From: Caldilineales bacterium
Lineage (GTDB): Bacteria; Chloroflexota; Anaerolineae; JAAEKA01
Assembly (NCBI GenBank): GCA_025055015.1
Contig: JANWYQ010000055.1
Location: 41,371-105,370 of the forward strand
Length of the DNA stretch: 64,000 nt
Direction: 5' to 3'
In this document: one piece after another, positions 19,361 through 31,736 of the stretch
Layout: each line of letters starts with the position of its first letter
How positions within the stretch are numbered: the first letter of the stretch is position 1
The notes under the pieces: model-generated
What the model saw: only the letters and a program-made list of their open reading frames with translations
What the model was told of the DNA's origin: nothing
Database searches by the model: none
Made by a program: the position numbers and the translations under genes

Positions 19361-20602
19361 TTGAAGCAGGAAACGGCGAGCCGGTTCTTCGGCATTTCCC
19401 CCTCGGCCGGTGAAGGGATTGAGCCGGCGCGCGACCGGCGCTTGCTGTGGGATGTGCCTGACCGGCGGCTCGACGAGACCTCCGCTGCGGCGGTAGACGG
19501 CCTCGATCTGCTCCGCAGTCTGCTGGAGATCCCCTCCCTCTCCGGCCAGGAGGCGGCTGCAGCGGCCTTCCTGGCGGACTGGATGGGCCGGCATGGACTG
19601 CGCGCCTTCGTGGACGCCGTGGGCAACGCTGTGGGCATCGTGGACGGCGGGCCGGCCGCCGACGGCTCGCCGCCGCAGGACGTTGTACTGCTGGGTCACA
19701 TTGACACCGTGGGCGGCCACGTTCCGGTGCGGGTCGAGGAGGGCAAGCTGTACGGCCGTGGGGCGGTGGACGCCAAGGGGCCGCTGGCCGCCTTCGCCGT
19801 GGCCGCAGCGCTGGTCGGGCCGCGGCCTGGCTGGCTCATCGTGGTCATCGCTGCGGTGGAGGAGGAGGCGGCTACGTCCCGGGGCGCGCGCCACGCCGCG
19901 GCGCAGTACCGCCCTGCATACTGCGTGATCGGCGAGCCCAGCGGCTGGAGCCGGGTCACCCTAGGCTACAAGGGTCGGCTGCTGGCCCATGTCGCCGTGC
20001 GCCAGCCCATGTCCCACACCGCCGGACCGGCCCCCTCGGCCTGCGAGCTGGCCGTGGACCTGTGGAACCGGGTGCGCAGCCGGGTGGCCGAGCTCAACGC
20101 CGGCCGCGACAAGCCGTGGGACCAGGTGCTGGCCTCGCTGCGCAGCTTCAGCTCCGACAGCGACGGCCTGACCGAGACGGCGCAGATGATGCTCGGCTTC
20201 CGCCTGCCCCCGGACATCGGGCCGGAGGCGCTGCAGGCGGAGCTGCAGGCGCTGGCCGGCCCGGCCGAGCTAGCCTTCGAGGGCGCCGAGGTCGCCTATC
20301 GCGCCGACAAGAACAACGCCCTGGTGCGCGCCTTCCTGGCCGCCATTCGGGCCCAAGGCGGACAGCCGGGCTTCGTGCTGAAAACCGGCACCTCCGACAT
20401 GAACGTGGTGGGGCCCATCTGGCGGTGCCCCATCGTGGCCTACGGGCCGGGCGACAGCAGCCTGGACCACACCCCCCACGAACACGTGGCCATCGAGGAG
20501 TGGCAGCGGGGCGTGGCCGTGCTGGTGGACATGTTGCAGCGAGTGACGGCCGGCCAAGCTGCCGCCGATGAGGCTGTGGTGGGTCAGGCGGCGGCCGAGT
20601 AG
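19361..20602 (+). CDS. lysK: LysW-lysine hydrolase LysK (M20 family)
   Basis: LLGHIDTV, GRGAVDAKG, VEEE, IGEPSG, TLGYKG, KTGTSDMN, YGPGDSSLDHTP; TTG start after GGAGGTG. Confidence 0.92.
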   Translation: MKQETASRFFGISPSAGEGIEPARDRRLLWDVPDRRLDETSAAAVDGLDLLRSLLEIPSLSGQEAAAAAFLADWMGRHGLRAFVDAVGNAVGIVDGGPAADGSPPQDVVLLGHIDTVGGHVPVRVEEGKLYGRGAVDAKGPLAAFAVAAALVGPRPGWLIVVIAAVEEEAATSRGARHAAAQYRPAYCVIGEPSGWSRVTLGYKGRLLAHVAVRQPMSHTAGPAPSACELAVDLWNRVRSRVAELNAGRDKPWDQVLASLRSFSSDSDGLTETAQMMLGFRLPPDIGPEALQAELQALAGPAELAFEGAEVAYRADKNNALVRAFLAAIRAQGGQPGFVLKTGTSDMNVVGPIWRCPIVAYGPGDSSLDHTPHEHVAIEEWQRGVAVLVDMLQRVTAGQAAADEAVVGQAAAE

Positions 20603-20647
20603 GCCACGGCAGCTAGGCTCCCGGCGTCACTTCCTAGGAGACTGCCT

Positions 20648-21817
20648 ATGCTGCAGGCAGCGCAAGGGATCAAGGACCTTCTGGTGCAGTGGCGACGGCA
20701 GATCCATCGCTGGCCGGAGCTTGGCTTCGAGGTGTATCGCACGGCCGACCTGGTGGCGCGCACCCTGGTCGAGCTGGGGGTTGAGGTGCGCGTCGGCGTG
20801 GGCAAGACAGGGGTGGTCGGCTACCTGGGCGACGGCGACGGCCCGGTGATCGCCCTTCGCGCGGACATGGATGCTCTGCCCATCCAGGAGGAGAACGACG
20901 TCGAGTACGCGTCCCGCGTGCCCGGCTACATGCACGCCTGCGGCCACGACGCGCACACGGCCATGCTGCTAGGCGTGGCGGCGCTGCTCAGCCGAGAGCA
21001 GATCCCCGGCCAGGTGCGCCTGCTCTTCCAGCCCTCCGAGGAAGCTAGCGACGAGGAAGGCCTCAGCGGCGCGCCGCGCATGATCGCCGACGGCGCACTG
21101 GAGGGAGTGGACGCGGTCATCGCCCTCCACGTCAACGGAACCCTAGAGACCGGCCACATCAAGGCCGACGAGGGCTGGGTAGACGCAGCCATAGACACCT
21201 TCAAGGTCTACATCACGGGCCGGGGCGGCCATTGTGCCTATCCCCACCGGGCGGTGGATCCCATCTGGCTGACGGCCCAGGTGCTTAACGCCCTCTACGC
21301 CATCCCCTCCCGGCGGCTGGACCCCCTGCAGCCGGCCATCCTCTCCGTCGGCGTGGTGCGGGGCGGCACCGCGGAGAACATCATCCCCGGCGCCGTGTAC
21401 CTGGAGGGCACCCTGCGCAGCTACGACGACGACGTGCGCGAGCAGCTCGTTCGTGAGCTGGAGCAGGCGCTGCAGATCGCGCGCGCCCTCGGCGGCGACT
21501 ACGAGCTCCAGGTGCTGCGCGGCTATCCGGCCAACTACAACGACCCGGTGGTGGCGTCATGGCTGCGCCAGGTGGCTGCCAACCTGTTGGGCCCCAACCG
21601 ACTGGCGACAGGCCAGCGCAGCATGGGCGCAGAGGACTTCAGCTATATGTCGCGGCTGGTGCGCGGGGCCATGTTCGAGCTGGGCGCCATGCCTCCCGGC
21701 GGCCCTCCTCGCCACCTGCACACCCCTACGTTCGACATTGATGAGGACGCGTTGCCCCTTGGAACGGCTATCCTGGCCGAGACCGCCCTGCGCTTTGTGC
21801 GCCGGCAGTTGATCTAA
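20648..21817 (+). CDS. M20D amidohydrolase
   Basis: H..PELGFE, LRADMDALP, MHACGHD, FQPSEE, GAEDF. Confidence 0.9.
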   Translation: MLQAAQGIKDLLVQWRRQIHRWPELGFEVYRTADLVARTLVELGVEVRVGVGKTGVVGYLGDGDGPVIALRADMDALPIQEENDVEYASRVPGYMHACGHDAHTAMLLGVAALLSREQIPGQVRLLFQPSEEASDEEGLSGAPRMIADGALEGVDAVIALHVNGTLETGHIKADEGWVDAAIDTFKVYITGRGGHCAYPHRAVDPIWLTAQVLNALYAIPSRRLDPLQPAILSVGVVRGGTAENIIPGAVYLEGTLRSYDDDVREQLVRELEQALQIARALGGDYELQVLRGYPANYNDPVVASWLRQVAANLLGPNRLATGQRSMGAEDFSYMSRLVRGAMFELGAMPPGGPPRHLHTPTFDIDEDALPLGTAILAETALRFVRRQLI

Positions 21818-21836
21818 CCGAACCGAGCGAAACCGT

Positions 21837-22499
21837 ATGCATCCCACTGCGCTTTTGTTCGACATGGACGGCCTGATGTTCGACACCGAGCGGCTCGTGC
21901 TGGCCGCGTGGCGCCAGGCCGTGGTCGAGGCCGGCTACCCGGCCCGGGACGAGGTCTTTCTGGAGTGCGTCGGCCGCAACGCCGAGGCCACCGACCAGGT
22001 AGTGCGCGCCGCCTACGGCCCCGATTTTCCCCTGGAGACGGTCAATCGGCGCACCAACCAGGTCATCTGGCAGCGGATCAACCGGGAAGGGGTGCCCCTC
22101 AAGCCCGGCTTGCTCCCGCTCCTGGACTACCTAGAGGCGCAGGGCGTTCCGAGAGCGGTGGCCAGCTCCACCGAGCGCCCCATCGTTGAGCGGCTTCTGG
22201 CGCAGACGGGCCTGCGGTCGCGCTTTGCGGCGGTGGTGGGCGGGGACGAGGTGCCGCGCAGCAAGCCGGCCCCCGACATCTTCCTGCTGGCGGCCCAGCG
22301 GCTAGGCGTGGAGCCGGCCCGTTGCCTGGTGCTGGAAGATTCGGAGCCGGGCGCGCGGGCGGGGCTGGCTGCGGGCATGGCGGTGGTCGTGGTTCCCGAC
22401 CTCAAGCCGCCCTCGGCCGAGGTTGTGCGGCAAGTGGTGGCCGTGTTGCCCAGCCTCGAAGCCGTGTTGGTTTGGCTGGCTCAGGATGGGCACGATTAG
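21837..22499 (+). CDS. HAD-family phosphatase
   Basis: FDMDG, ASS, KPAPDIF, LEDS. Confidence 0.9.
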   Translation: MHPTALLFDMDGLMFDTERLVLAAWRQAVVEAGYPARDEVFLECVGRNAEATDQVVRAAYGPDFPLETVNRRTNQVIWQRINREGVPLKPGLLPLLDYLEAQGVPRAVASSTERPIVERLLAQTGLRSRFAAVVGGDEVPRSKPAPDIFLLAAQRLGVEPARCLVLEDSEPGARAGLAAGMAVVVVPDLKPPSAEVVRQVVAVLPSLEAVLVWLAQDGHD

Positions 22500-22538
22500 T
22501 TTTTCGGAACCTTCGAAGTTGCCGGGAACCTCGCAACC

Positions 22539-24719
<2,181 letters not shown>

Positions 24720-24737
24720 ACAGATCCTCCGAGCAGT

Positions 24738-25400
24738 TCAGGAGCCGGTCGTTTGTTCCAGGGTAAACTCGATCTTTCCCTTGAGCGCGCCGGTGGGGCA
24801 GACGCCGACGCAGTTGCCGCAGAAGACGCACGTGGTGTCGGGCATGTCCTCGCCGAAGAAGGTGGCCACATGGCTACCTAGCCCCCGGCCGCCCCAGGTC
24901 AGGGCGTAGGTGTACTGCACGTCGTCCGCGCACACCTGGATGCAGCGCCAGCACATGACGCACTGGGAGTAGTCCCGCACGTAGAAGGGGTTGTCGTCCA
25001 GCAGGGGAAACTGGCGGCGTCGGCCGCCGGCGAAGCGCGCCGGGTCGGCGCCATAGCGCTCGAGGTATGCCAGGATCTCCGGCGCCTCGCGCAGGTCCAC
25101 GGTGGAGGCCAGCAGCTCCAAGATGACCCGCCGCGCCGTGCGCACCCGCTCGTTGTCCGTATGCACCACCATCCCCGGCCGCACCGGCACCACGCAGGCC
25201 GGCTGCAGCGTGCGCATCCCCTCCACCTCCACGGTGCACAGCCGGCAGACCGCGTTGGGGGTCAAGTTGGGATGGTAGCAGATGGTAGGGATCTCCACCC
25301 CGGCGCAGCGGGCAGCCCCGAGCAGGGTGGTCCCTGCGGGCACGGTGACGCTTTGGCCGTCGAGGGTGAGGGTGACGGACGAGAGGTTGGGGGTGACCAT
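24738..25400 (-). CDS. [2Fe-2S]/2x[4Fe-4S] electron-transfer subunit (NuoG/FDH N-terminal-like)
   Basis: [35 protein letters not shown]. Confidence 0.85.
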   Translation of the reverse strand: MVTPNLSSVTLTLDGQSVTVPAGTTLLGAARCAGVEIPTICYHPNLTPNAVCRLCTVEVEGMRTLQPACVVPVRPGMVVHTDNERVRTARRVILELLASTVDLREAPEILAYLERYGADPARFAGGRRRQFPLLDDNPFYVRDYSQCVMCWRCIQVCADDVQYTYALTWGGRGLGSHVATFFGEDMPDTTCVFCGNCVGVCPTGALKGKIEFTLEQTTGS

Positions 25401-25565
25401 GGCCTGGCTCCGTTGCCGCGGACGACGGTGTTTGTGAGGGAGGTGTGTCGCGCTTGCGCAGCACAAGTATACGCCAAAAGAAAGCCATAGCCAAACCGGA
25501 GCGCTGTGGCCCATGGCGCAATGGAGATCTTCTCCCCCCCTCACTCCCGCTTTGGTTCGCTTGGG

Positions 25566-26573
25566 CTATCGCTGAGGCTCCAGCGCTGCCGCTAAGGCCT
25601 CGTCCCAGTACAGCTGCTGGCCGTCCTGCACCAGCAGCACCCCCGCTTGGCGAGCGGCTTCGATCGCCCCTTGTGTGATCTTCTCTCCGGCTGCCGTGGG
25701 AACAGCTACCAACCCTGCCTTGCGCAGCAGCGCCGCCCGCCGCGCCGCGCGCTCGACGTCGTTGCGGTCAACCACCACCGAGGCCTCCACAGCCAGCAAG
25801 ACGGACGCGGCGTCGCCGCGCTCAGGCAGGCGTCCGCGCACGACTGCGTCCAGCAGCATAACCTCCTGCAGCTCGTCGCGGTCGAGGCGGTCTTCCAGCT
25901 CGACCTCCAGTTCCTGTAGCGAGAGCGCGCGCGTGCGACGCAGGATACGCCCGAAGTAGGCAGGTGCCTTGTCTCGGAATTGCCGCTCCAACCGCTCCCC
26001 TTGGAGAACGGCCAGGCTGATCTTCATCTCGCGCTGCTCGGCGGTCAGCTGGAGGATAGCCTCCTCGGTGCGCTTTTGGGCTTCGGCCAGCTCTTCGACG
26101 CGCTGCTCGGTGCGCTTTTGGGCTTCGGCCAGCTCTTCGACGCGCTGCTCGGTGCGCTTTTGGGCTTCGGCCAGCTCCGCTACCACCGTTTCCAGCCGCG
26201 TTAGCCGTGCCTCGCTCTGCCGTTGCGCCTCGGCCAACTCCGCTACCACCGTTTCCAGCCGTGTTAGCCGTGCCTCGCTCTGCCGTTGCGCCTCGGCCAG
26301 GTCTTCGACGCGCTGCTCGGTGCGCTTTTGGGCCTCGGCCAGGTCTTCGACGCGCTGCTCGGTGCGCTTCTGGGCTTCGGCCAGCTCTTCGACGCGCTGC
26401 TCGGTGCGCTTCTGCGCCTCGGCCAGCTCTTGGACCACTGCCCGCAGCTGGTTGAAATCCTCTCGCTGAACGGCGAACTCCGCGGCGAAGTCGCGGCGCA
26501 AGGCCTCCGCCAGCTTCAGCATGGGGACCTGGAGATCGCGCGGTAGCTCGTCAATAACTTGTAGGTACGTCAT
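25566..26573 (-). CDS. Coiled-coil repeat protein with a possible PD-(D/E)xK-like C-terminal domain
   Basis: Tandem [14 protein letters not shown] / [21 protein letters not shown] units; C-terminal [22 protein letters not shown]. Confidence 0.75.
   Translation of the reverse strand: MTYLQVIDELPRDLQVPMLKLAEALRRDFAAEFAVQREDFNQLRAVVQELAEAQKRTEQRVEELAEAQKRTEQRVEDLAEAQKRTEQRVEDLAEAQRQSEARLTRLETVVAELAEAQRQSEARLTRLETVVAELAEAQKRTEQRVEELAEAQKRTEQRVEELAEAQKRTEEAILQLTAEQREMKISLAVLQGERLERQFRDKAPAYFGRILRRTRALSLQELEVELEDRLDRDELQEVMLLDAVVRGRLPERGDAASVLLAVEASVVVDRNDVERAARRAALLRKAGLVAVPTAAGEKITQGAIEAARQAGVLLVQDGQQLYWDEALAAALEPQR
26062..26430. repeat. Intragenic 42-nt and 63-nt tandem repeats
   Basis: Repeated cgctgctcggtgcgcttttgggcttcggccagctcttcgacg and two copies of a 63-nt variant. 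Confidence 0.9.
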
Positions 26574-26634
26574 GGCGCTCTCCTAACCGCGGACATTATA
26601 CCCCACGTCGGCGTAGATCAGAAAACTACGGCCG

Positions 26635-27525
26635 TCAATATCCCGACTCCATGTCAATTAAGCCCTTCTCCTTGGCCGTGTGCAGTGCCCAACGGTAGAA
26701 GTAGTACGAGCCGACCAGCAGGACCAAAGTGAACCCGGCCAGGATGGCCAGCAGGTGAGCGTTGGACAGGTGGGCGAAGGTCTGGAACCCGACTGCGCCG
26801 GGGCCTAGCAGCGCACGCCGCGCCGCCTCCAGCCAGTAGGTGACGGGCAGCAGGAACCCCAGGGGACGCAGCCACGAGGGGAGGACCTCCAACGGAAAGA
26901 TGGCGCCGCTGAAGAGGTACATGGCGCCTGACACCGCGTCGCCCACCGACCAGAAGTGCCGCGCCATGGTCATGGTCCACGCGCCCATGATCAGGCCGAG
27001 GCCGGCCAGGGCAGCTACGCCCAGGGCTGTGCTGGCGACAAACAGAGGCCAGTCCACCGTGGCCAGCCGGATGGGCAGCTTGAAGACCACCATGCCGAAG
27101 CCGATAACGATGACCACCGAGATGGTGCCGATGAGCAGCCGCGCCACGCCTCGGCCGAACAGGTAGGCGTAGCCGTTGATGGGCGCCGTGTACAGGTGTT
27201 TGGCCACGCGATAGTGCTCGCGGTCGTCAATGATGGCCCAGCTGACGCCGGTGATCACCTGGCCCACCAAGATGTACAGTGCGTTGCCCAGGTAGATGTA
27301 GGCGAAAATCGGCTCGGCGTAGGCGCCGGCGGTGATCACCCCGTACATCACCACGATGATCAGCACGCTGGCCAGCGGCCGCGCCAGGGAGTACACGGCG
27401 AACAAGAAGGGATCCGCCCAGTTGGACTCGATCTGCCAGCCCAGCCAGGCGGCTACCAGAAAACTGCGCAGCCCATCGTTGCTGCGCACCAGGCGGGAGT
27501 CGAACACGCGTTGCACGAGAGCCAT
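26635..27525 (-). CDS. ABC-2 type transporter permease
   Basis: Multiple TM segments; FSGAIFPL..LP.WL...LP.TY. Confidence 0.88.
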   Translation of the reverse strand: MALVQRVFDSRLVRSNDGLRSFLVAAWLGWQIESNWADPFLFAVYSLARPLASVLIIVVMYGVITAGAYAEPIFAYIYLGNALYILVGQVITGVSWAIIDDREHYRVAKHLYTAPINGYAYLFGRGVARLLIGTISVVIVIGFGMVVFKLPIRLATVDWPLFVASTALGVAALAGLGLIMGAWTMTMARHFWSVGDAVSGAMYLFSGAIFPLEVLPSWLRPLGFLLPVTYWLEAARRALLGPGAVGFQTFAHLSNAHLLAILAGFTLVLLVGSYYFYRWALHTAKEKGLIDMESGY

Positions 27526-27528
27526 GGC

Positions 27529-28380
27529 CTACCGCCGCCGCTCGATCAGCCGTCCCTCACGACGGCCGATCTCCTCCAGCTTGGCCAGCGCCCACCAAGC
27601 CAGGGCAATAAACACCACCGCCAACACCACCTGGATCGCCAGCTCCACGGGCACCGACAGGAAGCCCAGGGCGGGATCGCCGGAGAACACTAGCTGGCGC
27701 ATGGCATCTAGCCCCAAGGTGAGTGGAATGACCGACGCCAGGGTAGCCACGATCCCGCCCAGGGCCTTCACGGGGAAGTAGAAGCCGGAGGCCAGGTAGA
27801 TGGGCTCCTGCAACAGGTTGGACAGGTGCCATGCCTCGCGTCCGGCGGCCAGGAAGACCGACGCAAACAACATGCCCATGCCGTACAGGGCGGCCATGGT
27901 GGCCGCAAAGACCGCCGCCAGCAGCAGGGGATCGGCGATCTGGTAGCTGACGCCGAACAGCACCGTGCACACCACCAGGATCACCGCCGCGCGAGTGGCG
28001 GTCATCACCAGGCCCCCCACCGCCATGCCCAGTAGGATGGCCATCAGAGGGCCGGGCGCCAGCACGTAGATCTCCAGGTTCCCCTGGTCCTTGTCCCAGT
28101 AGAGCTGGCTCGCCATGTTCCACAGCACGTTGAGCCAGAAGGCGGTCATCACCCCGCCCAGCACGGCGAACCCAGTGTACTCCGGCGGCGCCTGGATGGC
28201 GCGGTAGATGTAGACGTAGCCCGCTACCGACAACATCGGGAGCACCGTCTCGAAGATCAGCCAGCTTCGCTCGCGCAGGGTGCCCACGATGCGGGGGTAG
28301 GCGCGCGCCCAGGTCGTGGCCCAGAACAGGGCCAGGCCGGTGGCTTTCGTGACCCGAGGTTCTGCGGTGTTCGTGGTCAT
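27529..28380 (-). CDS. ABC-2 type transporter permease
   Basis: TM segments; GNLE, SGFYFPV, PLT.GLDAMR. Confidence 0.88.
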   Translation of the reverse strand: MTTNTAEPRVTKATGLALFWATTWARAYPRIVGTLRERSWLIFETVLPMLSVAGYVYIYRAIQAPPEYTGFAVLGGVMTAFWLNVLWNMASQLYWDKDQGNLEIYVLAPGPLMAILLGMAVGGLVMTATRAAVILVVCTVLFGVSYQIADPLLLAAVFAATMAALYGMGMLFASVFLAAGREAWHLSNLLQEPIYLASGFYFPVKALGGIVATLASVIPLTLGLDAMRQLVFSGDPALGFLSVPVELAIQVVLAVVFIALAWWALAKLEEIGRREGRLIERRR

Positions 28381-29411
28381 AGGCTTCCGTTCAACCGCTC
28401 GGAGGTGTCCACGTCCAGGCCGCGGCCCACCAGGTCAATGAACACGTCCTCCAGGGTGGGCTCCCGCTTCTCCAGCGCAATCAGCCCGGACCCGCGCCGC
28501 GTGAGGTGGTCCAGCACGCCACCCAGGGCGTCCTCGGCCTCCAGGATCAGCTTGAGCTCCGTGGCGCCGTCGGTCTCGCGCACCGTTACCTGGCGCACGC
28601 CGGGCACCGCCTCGATCATGTCCTCGCGGCGCATCGGCCGCTGGCCCAGGGGGATCACCCGCAGGGTAAACACCGTCTCCCGCCGCAGCCGGCGCTTGAG
28701 GTTGGCCGGGGTGTCCAGCGCCAACAGCCGTCCCTTGTCAATGATGGCCAGCCGATCGCACAGCTCGTCGGCCTCGGCCATGTAGTGGGTGGTGAGCAAC
28801 AGCGTGCGGTCCGGGTGCTGCTCCATCCACGCGCGCACGAAGTCGCGCACCTGTCGCGCTGCGGTCACGTCCAGGCCGAGGGTTGGCTCGTCTAGGAAGA
28901 CCACGTCTGGGTCGCTGATGAACCCGCGCACGAAGTTCATCTTCTGGCGCAGGCCGGTGGAGAGGTCGGAGATCTTGGTGCGGCGGCGGTCGCTTAGGCC
29001 CACCACCTCCAACAGCTCGCCGATGCGCTGCTTGGCCACCTTGGTCTCCAGGCCGTAGAAGCGGGCGAACATCCACAGGTTCTCCTCGACGGTGAGCAGG
29101 CCGTAGCCGCTGGTCTCGCCGCCGCTGACCATGCTGATGCGTCGGCGGATTTCCTGCGCGTCGCGCGTCACGTCGAGCCCTTCCACCAGCGCCGTGCCGG
29201 AGGTAGGCAGCAGCAGAGTGGTGAGGATTTTGATCAGGGTGGTCTTGCCGGCACCGTTTGGACCTAGGAGGCCGAAAAGCTCCCCGCGCTCGACCCTGAG
29301 GTTCACCCCCTGCAGCGCAACGATCTGTTTGGGGTCTCCCTTGTGCTTGGGCCCACGCAGCTTGTAGACCCGGCCCAAGTTTTGGGTAAGGATGGCTGGC
29401 ACATCCGACAT
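28377..29411 (-). CDS. ABC transporter ATP-binding protein (DrrA-like)
   Basis: GPNGAGKTT, LSTG, LDEPTLGLD, TTHYMAEA, PTLEDVF. Confidence 0.93.
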   Translation of the reverse strand: MSDVPAILTQNLGRVYKLRGPKHKGDPKQIVALQGVNLRVERGELFGLLGPNGAGKTTLIKILTTLLLPTSGTALVEGLDVTRDAQEIRRRISMVSGGETSGYGLLTVEENLWMFARFYGLETKVAKQRIGELLEVVGLSDRRRTKISDLSTGLRQKMNFVRGFISDPDVVFLDEPTLGLDVTAARQVRDFVRAWMEQHPDRTLLLTTHYMAEADELCDRLAIIDKGRLLALDTPANLKRRLRRETVFTLRVIPLGQRPMRREDMIEAVPGVRQVTVRETDGATELKLILEAEDALGGVLDHLTRRGSGLIALEKREPTLEDVFIDLVGRGLDVDTSERLNGSL

Positions 29412-29568
29412 AGCACTGGTCCTCCGGATAGTCTCCACAGTTTCCGGGAAGCGCTTTGTTTCGCGGAAACATGGTGAGCCGGGGCGGAGTGTAGCACGTC
29501 TGTTCGCGAACGACAAACGGCAGCCGTGTTGGCGTCGGTGGTTCTGCTCTTGCCGTCTGCGAGGGTAT

Positions 29569-29596
29569 TTGACGCCCCAGGGGGCCGGCGTATAAT
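29569..29596 (+). promoter_or_regulatory. Sigma70-type promoter of the protease gene
   Basis: TTGACG-N16-TATAAT. Confidence 0.65.
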
Positions 29597-29725
29597 GGGT
29601 TTGCTCCAGCGTACGCAGCGGGGGGCTGTTGGTACCCTGGAACGAAACTCAAGCTTACTGCGTCAGCGAAACATCTGAAGCGCTGGGCTGACGGCAGTCA
29701 ATTCGTGCTCTCTGGAGGTGTGACA

Positions 29726-30949
29726 ATGCAGCGGAAACAGCTGTGGCTGGTCGTGACGACCTTGTTGCTGGCGCTCGTCGTGGCCGTTCCGGCCTTCGCC
29801 GTTGGCAGTGGTCCCGTGGCGCCCCTGCTCGGCGTCGACTCGCCCTCGGCCATCGCCGGTCGCTATATCGTCGTCCTGAAGCCCGGCACGACGCCGGCCG
29901 ACGTGGAGGCGGCTATCGCCGATGCGGAGGCGGCGGCGGGCCGTGGTGTGCTGGATGCTCTCGCCGACGGCCCGCGGGGCGTCCTGGTTCACTATCGTTA
30001 CTCGGCAGCCCTCAACGGCTTTGCGGCGACCCTGCCGCCTCGCGCAGTGGAGGCGCTGCGCCGCAACCCTAACGTGGACTACATCGAAGCCGACCAGGTG
30101 GTGAGCATTGACACCACGCAAAGCCCGGCCACTTGGGGCATTGACCGCATCGACCAGCGCAACCTGCCCCTCAGCAACTCCTTCACCTACAACGCCACCG
30201 GCGCCGGCGTGCGCGCCTACATCATTGACACCGGCATCCGGGTCACCCATACCGAGTTCGGCGGCCGCGCCTCCATCGGCACCGACACCGTGGGCGACGG
30301 CCAGAACGGCAACGACTGCAACGGCCATGGCACCCACGTGGCGGGCACCGTGGGCGGCACCACCTACGGCGTGGCCAAGCAGGTGCAGCTCATTGCGGTG
30401 CGTGTGCTCAACTGCAGCGGCTCTGGCAGCACCTCCGGCGTCATCGCCGGTGTGGACTGGGTGACGGCCAACGCTGTTAAGCCGGCGGTGGCTAACATGA
30501 GCCTGGGCGGCGCTGCCTCCACCTCCCTGGACAACGCCGTGACCAACTCCATCAACAGCGGCGTGACTTACGCCATCGCCGCCGGCAACAGCAACCGCGA
30601 CGCCTGCAAGTTCTCCCCGGCGCGCGTGGCGGACGCCCTCACTGTGGGCGCCACCACCAACACCGACGCTCGCGCGTCCTACTCCAACTTCGGCTCCTGT
30701 CTGGACCTGTTCGCGCCCGGCTCCTCCATTACCTCAGCCTGGCACACCAACGACACCGCTACCAACACCATCAGCGGCACCTCCATGGCCGCGCCGCACG
30801 TGGCCGGCGTGGCGGCCCAGTACCTACAGACCAACCCCACGGCCTCGCCGGCTACGGTGCGCAACGCCATCGTCAACAACGCCACCACCGGCGTGGTGGG
30901 GAACCCGGGCCGGAACTCCCCCAACCGGCTGCTGTTCACCAACTACTGA
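29726..30949 (+). CDS. Secreted S8 subtilisin-like serine protease (aqualysin/proteinase K type) with I9 propeptide
   Basis: Signal peptide; [29 protein letters not shown]. Confidence 0.95.
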   Translation: MQRKQLWLVVTTLLLALVVAVPAFAVGSGPVAPLLGVDSPSAIAGRYIVVLKPGTTPADVEAAIADAEAAAGRGVLDALADGPRGVLVHYRYSAALNGFAATLPPRAVEALRRNPNVDYIEADQVVSIDTTQSPATWGIDRIDQRNLPLSNSFTYNATGAGVRAYIIDTGIRVTHTEFGGRASIGTDTVGDGQNGNDCNGHGTHVAGTVGGTTYGVAKQVQLIAVRVLNCSGSGSTSGVIAGVDWVTANAVKPAVANMSLGGAASTSLDNAVTNSINSGVTYAIAAGNSNRDACKFSPARVADALTVGATTNTDARASYSNFGSCLDLFAPGSSITSAWHTNDTATNTISGTSMAAPHVAGVAAQYLQTNPTASPATVRNAIVNNATTGVVGNPGRNSPNRLLFTNY

Positions 30950-31011
30950 GCCCATCACAGACTGCGACGGACGGGCCAAGGTCAGTGGGTGGCCGTCCGT
31001 AGGTAAGTGCA

Positions 31012-31050
31012 AAAGAACAGGTCCCTGGCGCCACCAGGGACCTGCTCTTT
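31012..31050. terminator. Probable bidirectional intrinsic terminator
   Basis: aaagaaCAGGTCCCTGG-cgcca-CCAGGGACCTGctcttt between convergent genes. Confidence 0.75.
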
Positions 31051-31085
31051 CCTAGCGAGAAGCCTCGGGACGACGCTTGGCGAGC

Positions 31086-31574
31086 CTACGGCGTCACCCC
31101 CAACGCGTCAGCCAGCTCGGCCAGCGCAGCCTTCTCGGCGTCGCTGACGCGCACGGCGCCGATGCCCAGAAAGCCGCCCTCCTTGGTGGCGTTGGCCACG
31201 TCCACGGCCAGCTGGTAGAACCACTGCTTGAGGCCGGTGGCCTCCTCGGCGCTGGCCTTCTCGTCCAGCAGCGCTGCTGCGCCTCGCACCGCGTCCATGA
31301 GCTCGGCCTTGATCCCCTCCGGATCCCTGGCTGTGAGCTTGAGTTGTGCTTCTTTAGCGGTCTCCTTGTTGGTCAGATCGCCAATCAGCGCGCTAAGCAG
31401 CTCGTTGTCGGTGCCGCTTTGGGCGACAGCGGCGATGCCCTTCCCCAGCGCCATCGACTCGCCGATGGAGCCCAGCAGGCTGGGGCTAGCTGCGGCAACG
31501 TACATGCCGACAGCCAACGGCGCCTGAAGCAGGCGGCTCCACTCCTCAGGGGCGAAATCGGCCTTGGTGGTCAT
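31086..31574 (-). CDS. Conserved hypothetical protein
   Basis: MTTKADF..EEW start after AAGGAG; C-terminal KEGGFLGIG..VS..E motif. Confidence 0.75.
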   Translation of the reverse strand: MTTKADFAPEEWSRLLQAPLAVGMYVAAASPSLLGSIGESMALGKGIAAVAQSGTDNELLSALIGDLTNKETAKEAQLKLTARDPEGIKAELMDAVRGAAALLDEKASAEEATGLKQWFYQLAVDVANATKEGGFLGIGAVRVSDAEKAALAELADALGVTP

Positions 31575-31736
31575 GGTATGCTCCTTCCTAAAACCTTGCA
31601 GATGAGGTGCGGGCAGCTTTCCGGGCTGCTCACCTAGCCCAGACGAAATCACGAGGCCGCCGCCTTGTCTGTAAGGCCTCTTCCGACTTGACGTTATGCC
31701 GGCTCCATTGCTTGCGACGCAAGGCGCCGCCCAAGG

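Noticed and set aside
26062-26430. CRISPR-like periodicity
   Set aside because: Contiguous coding repeats with no unique spacers
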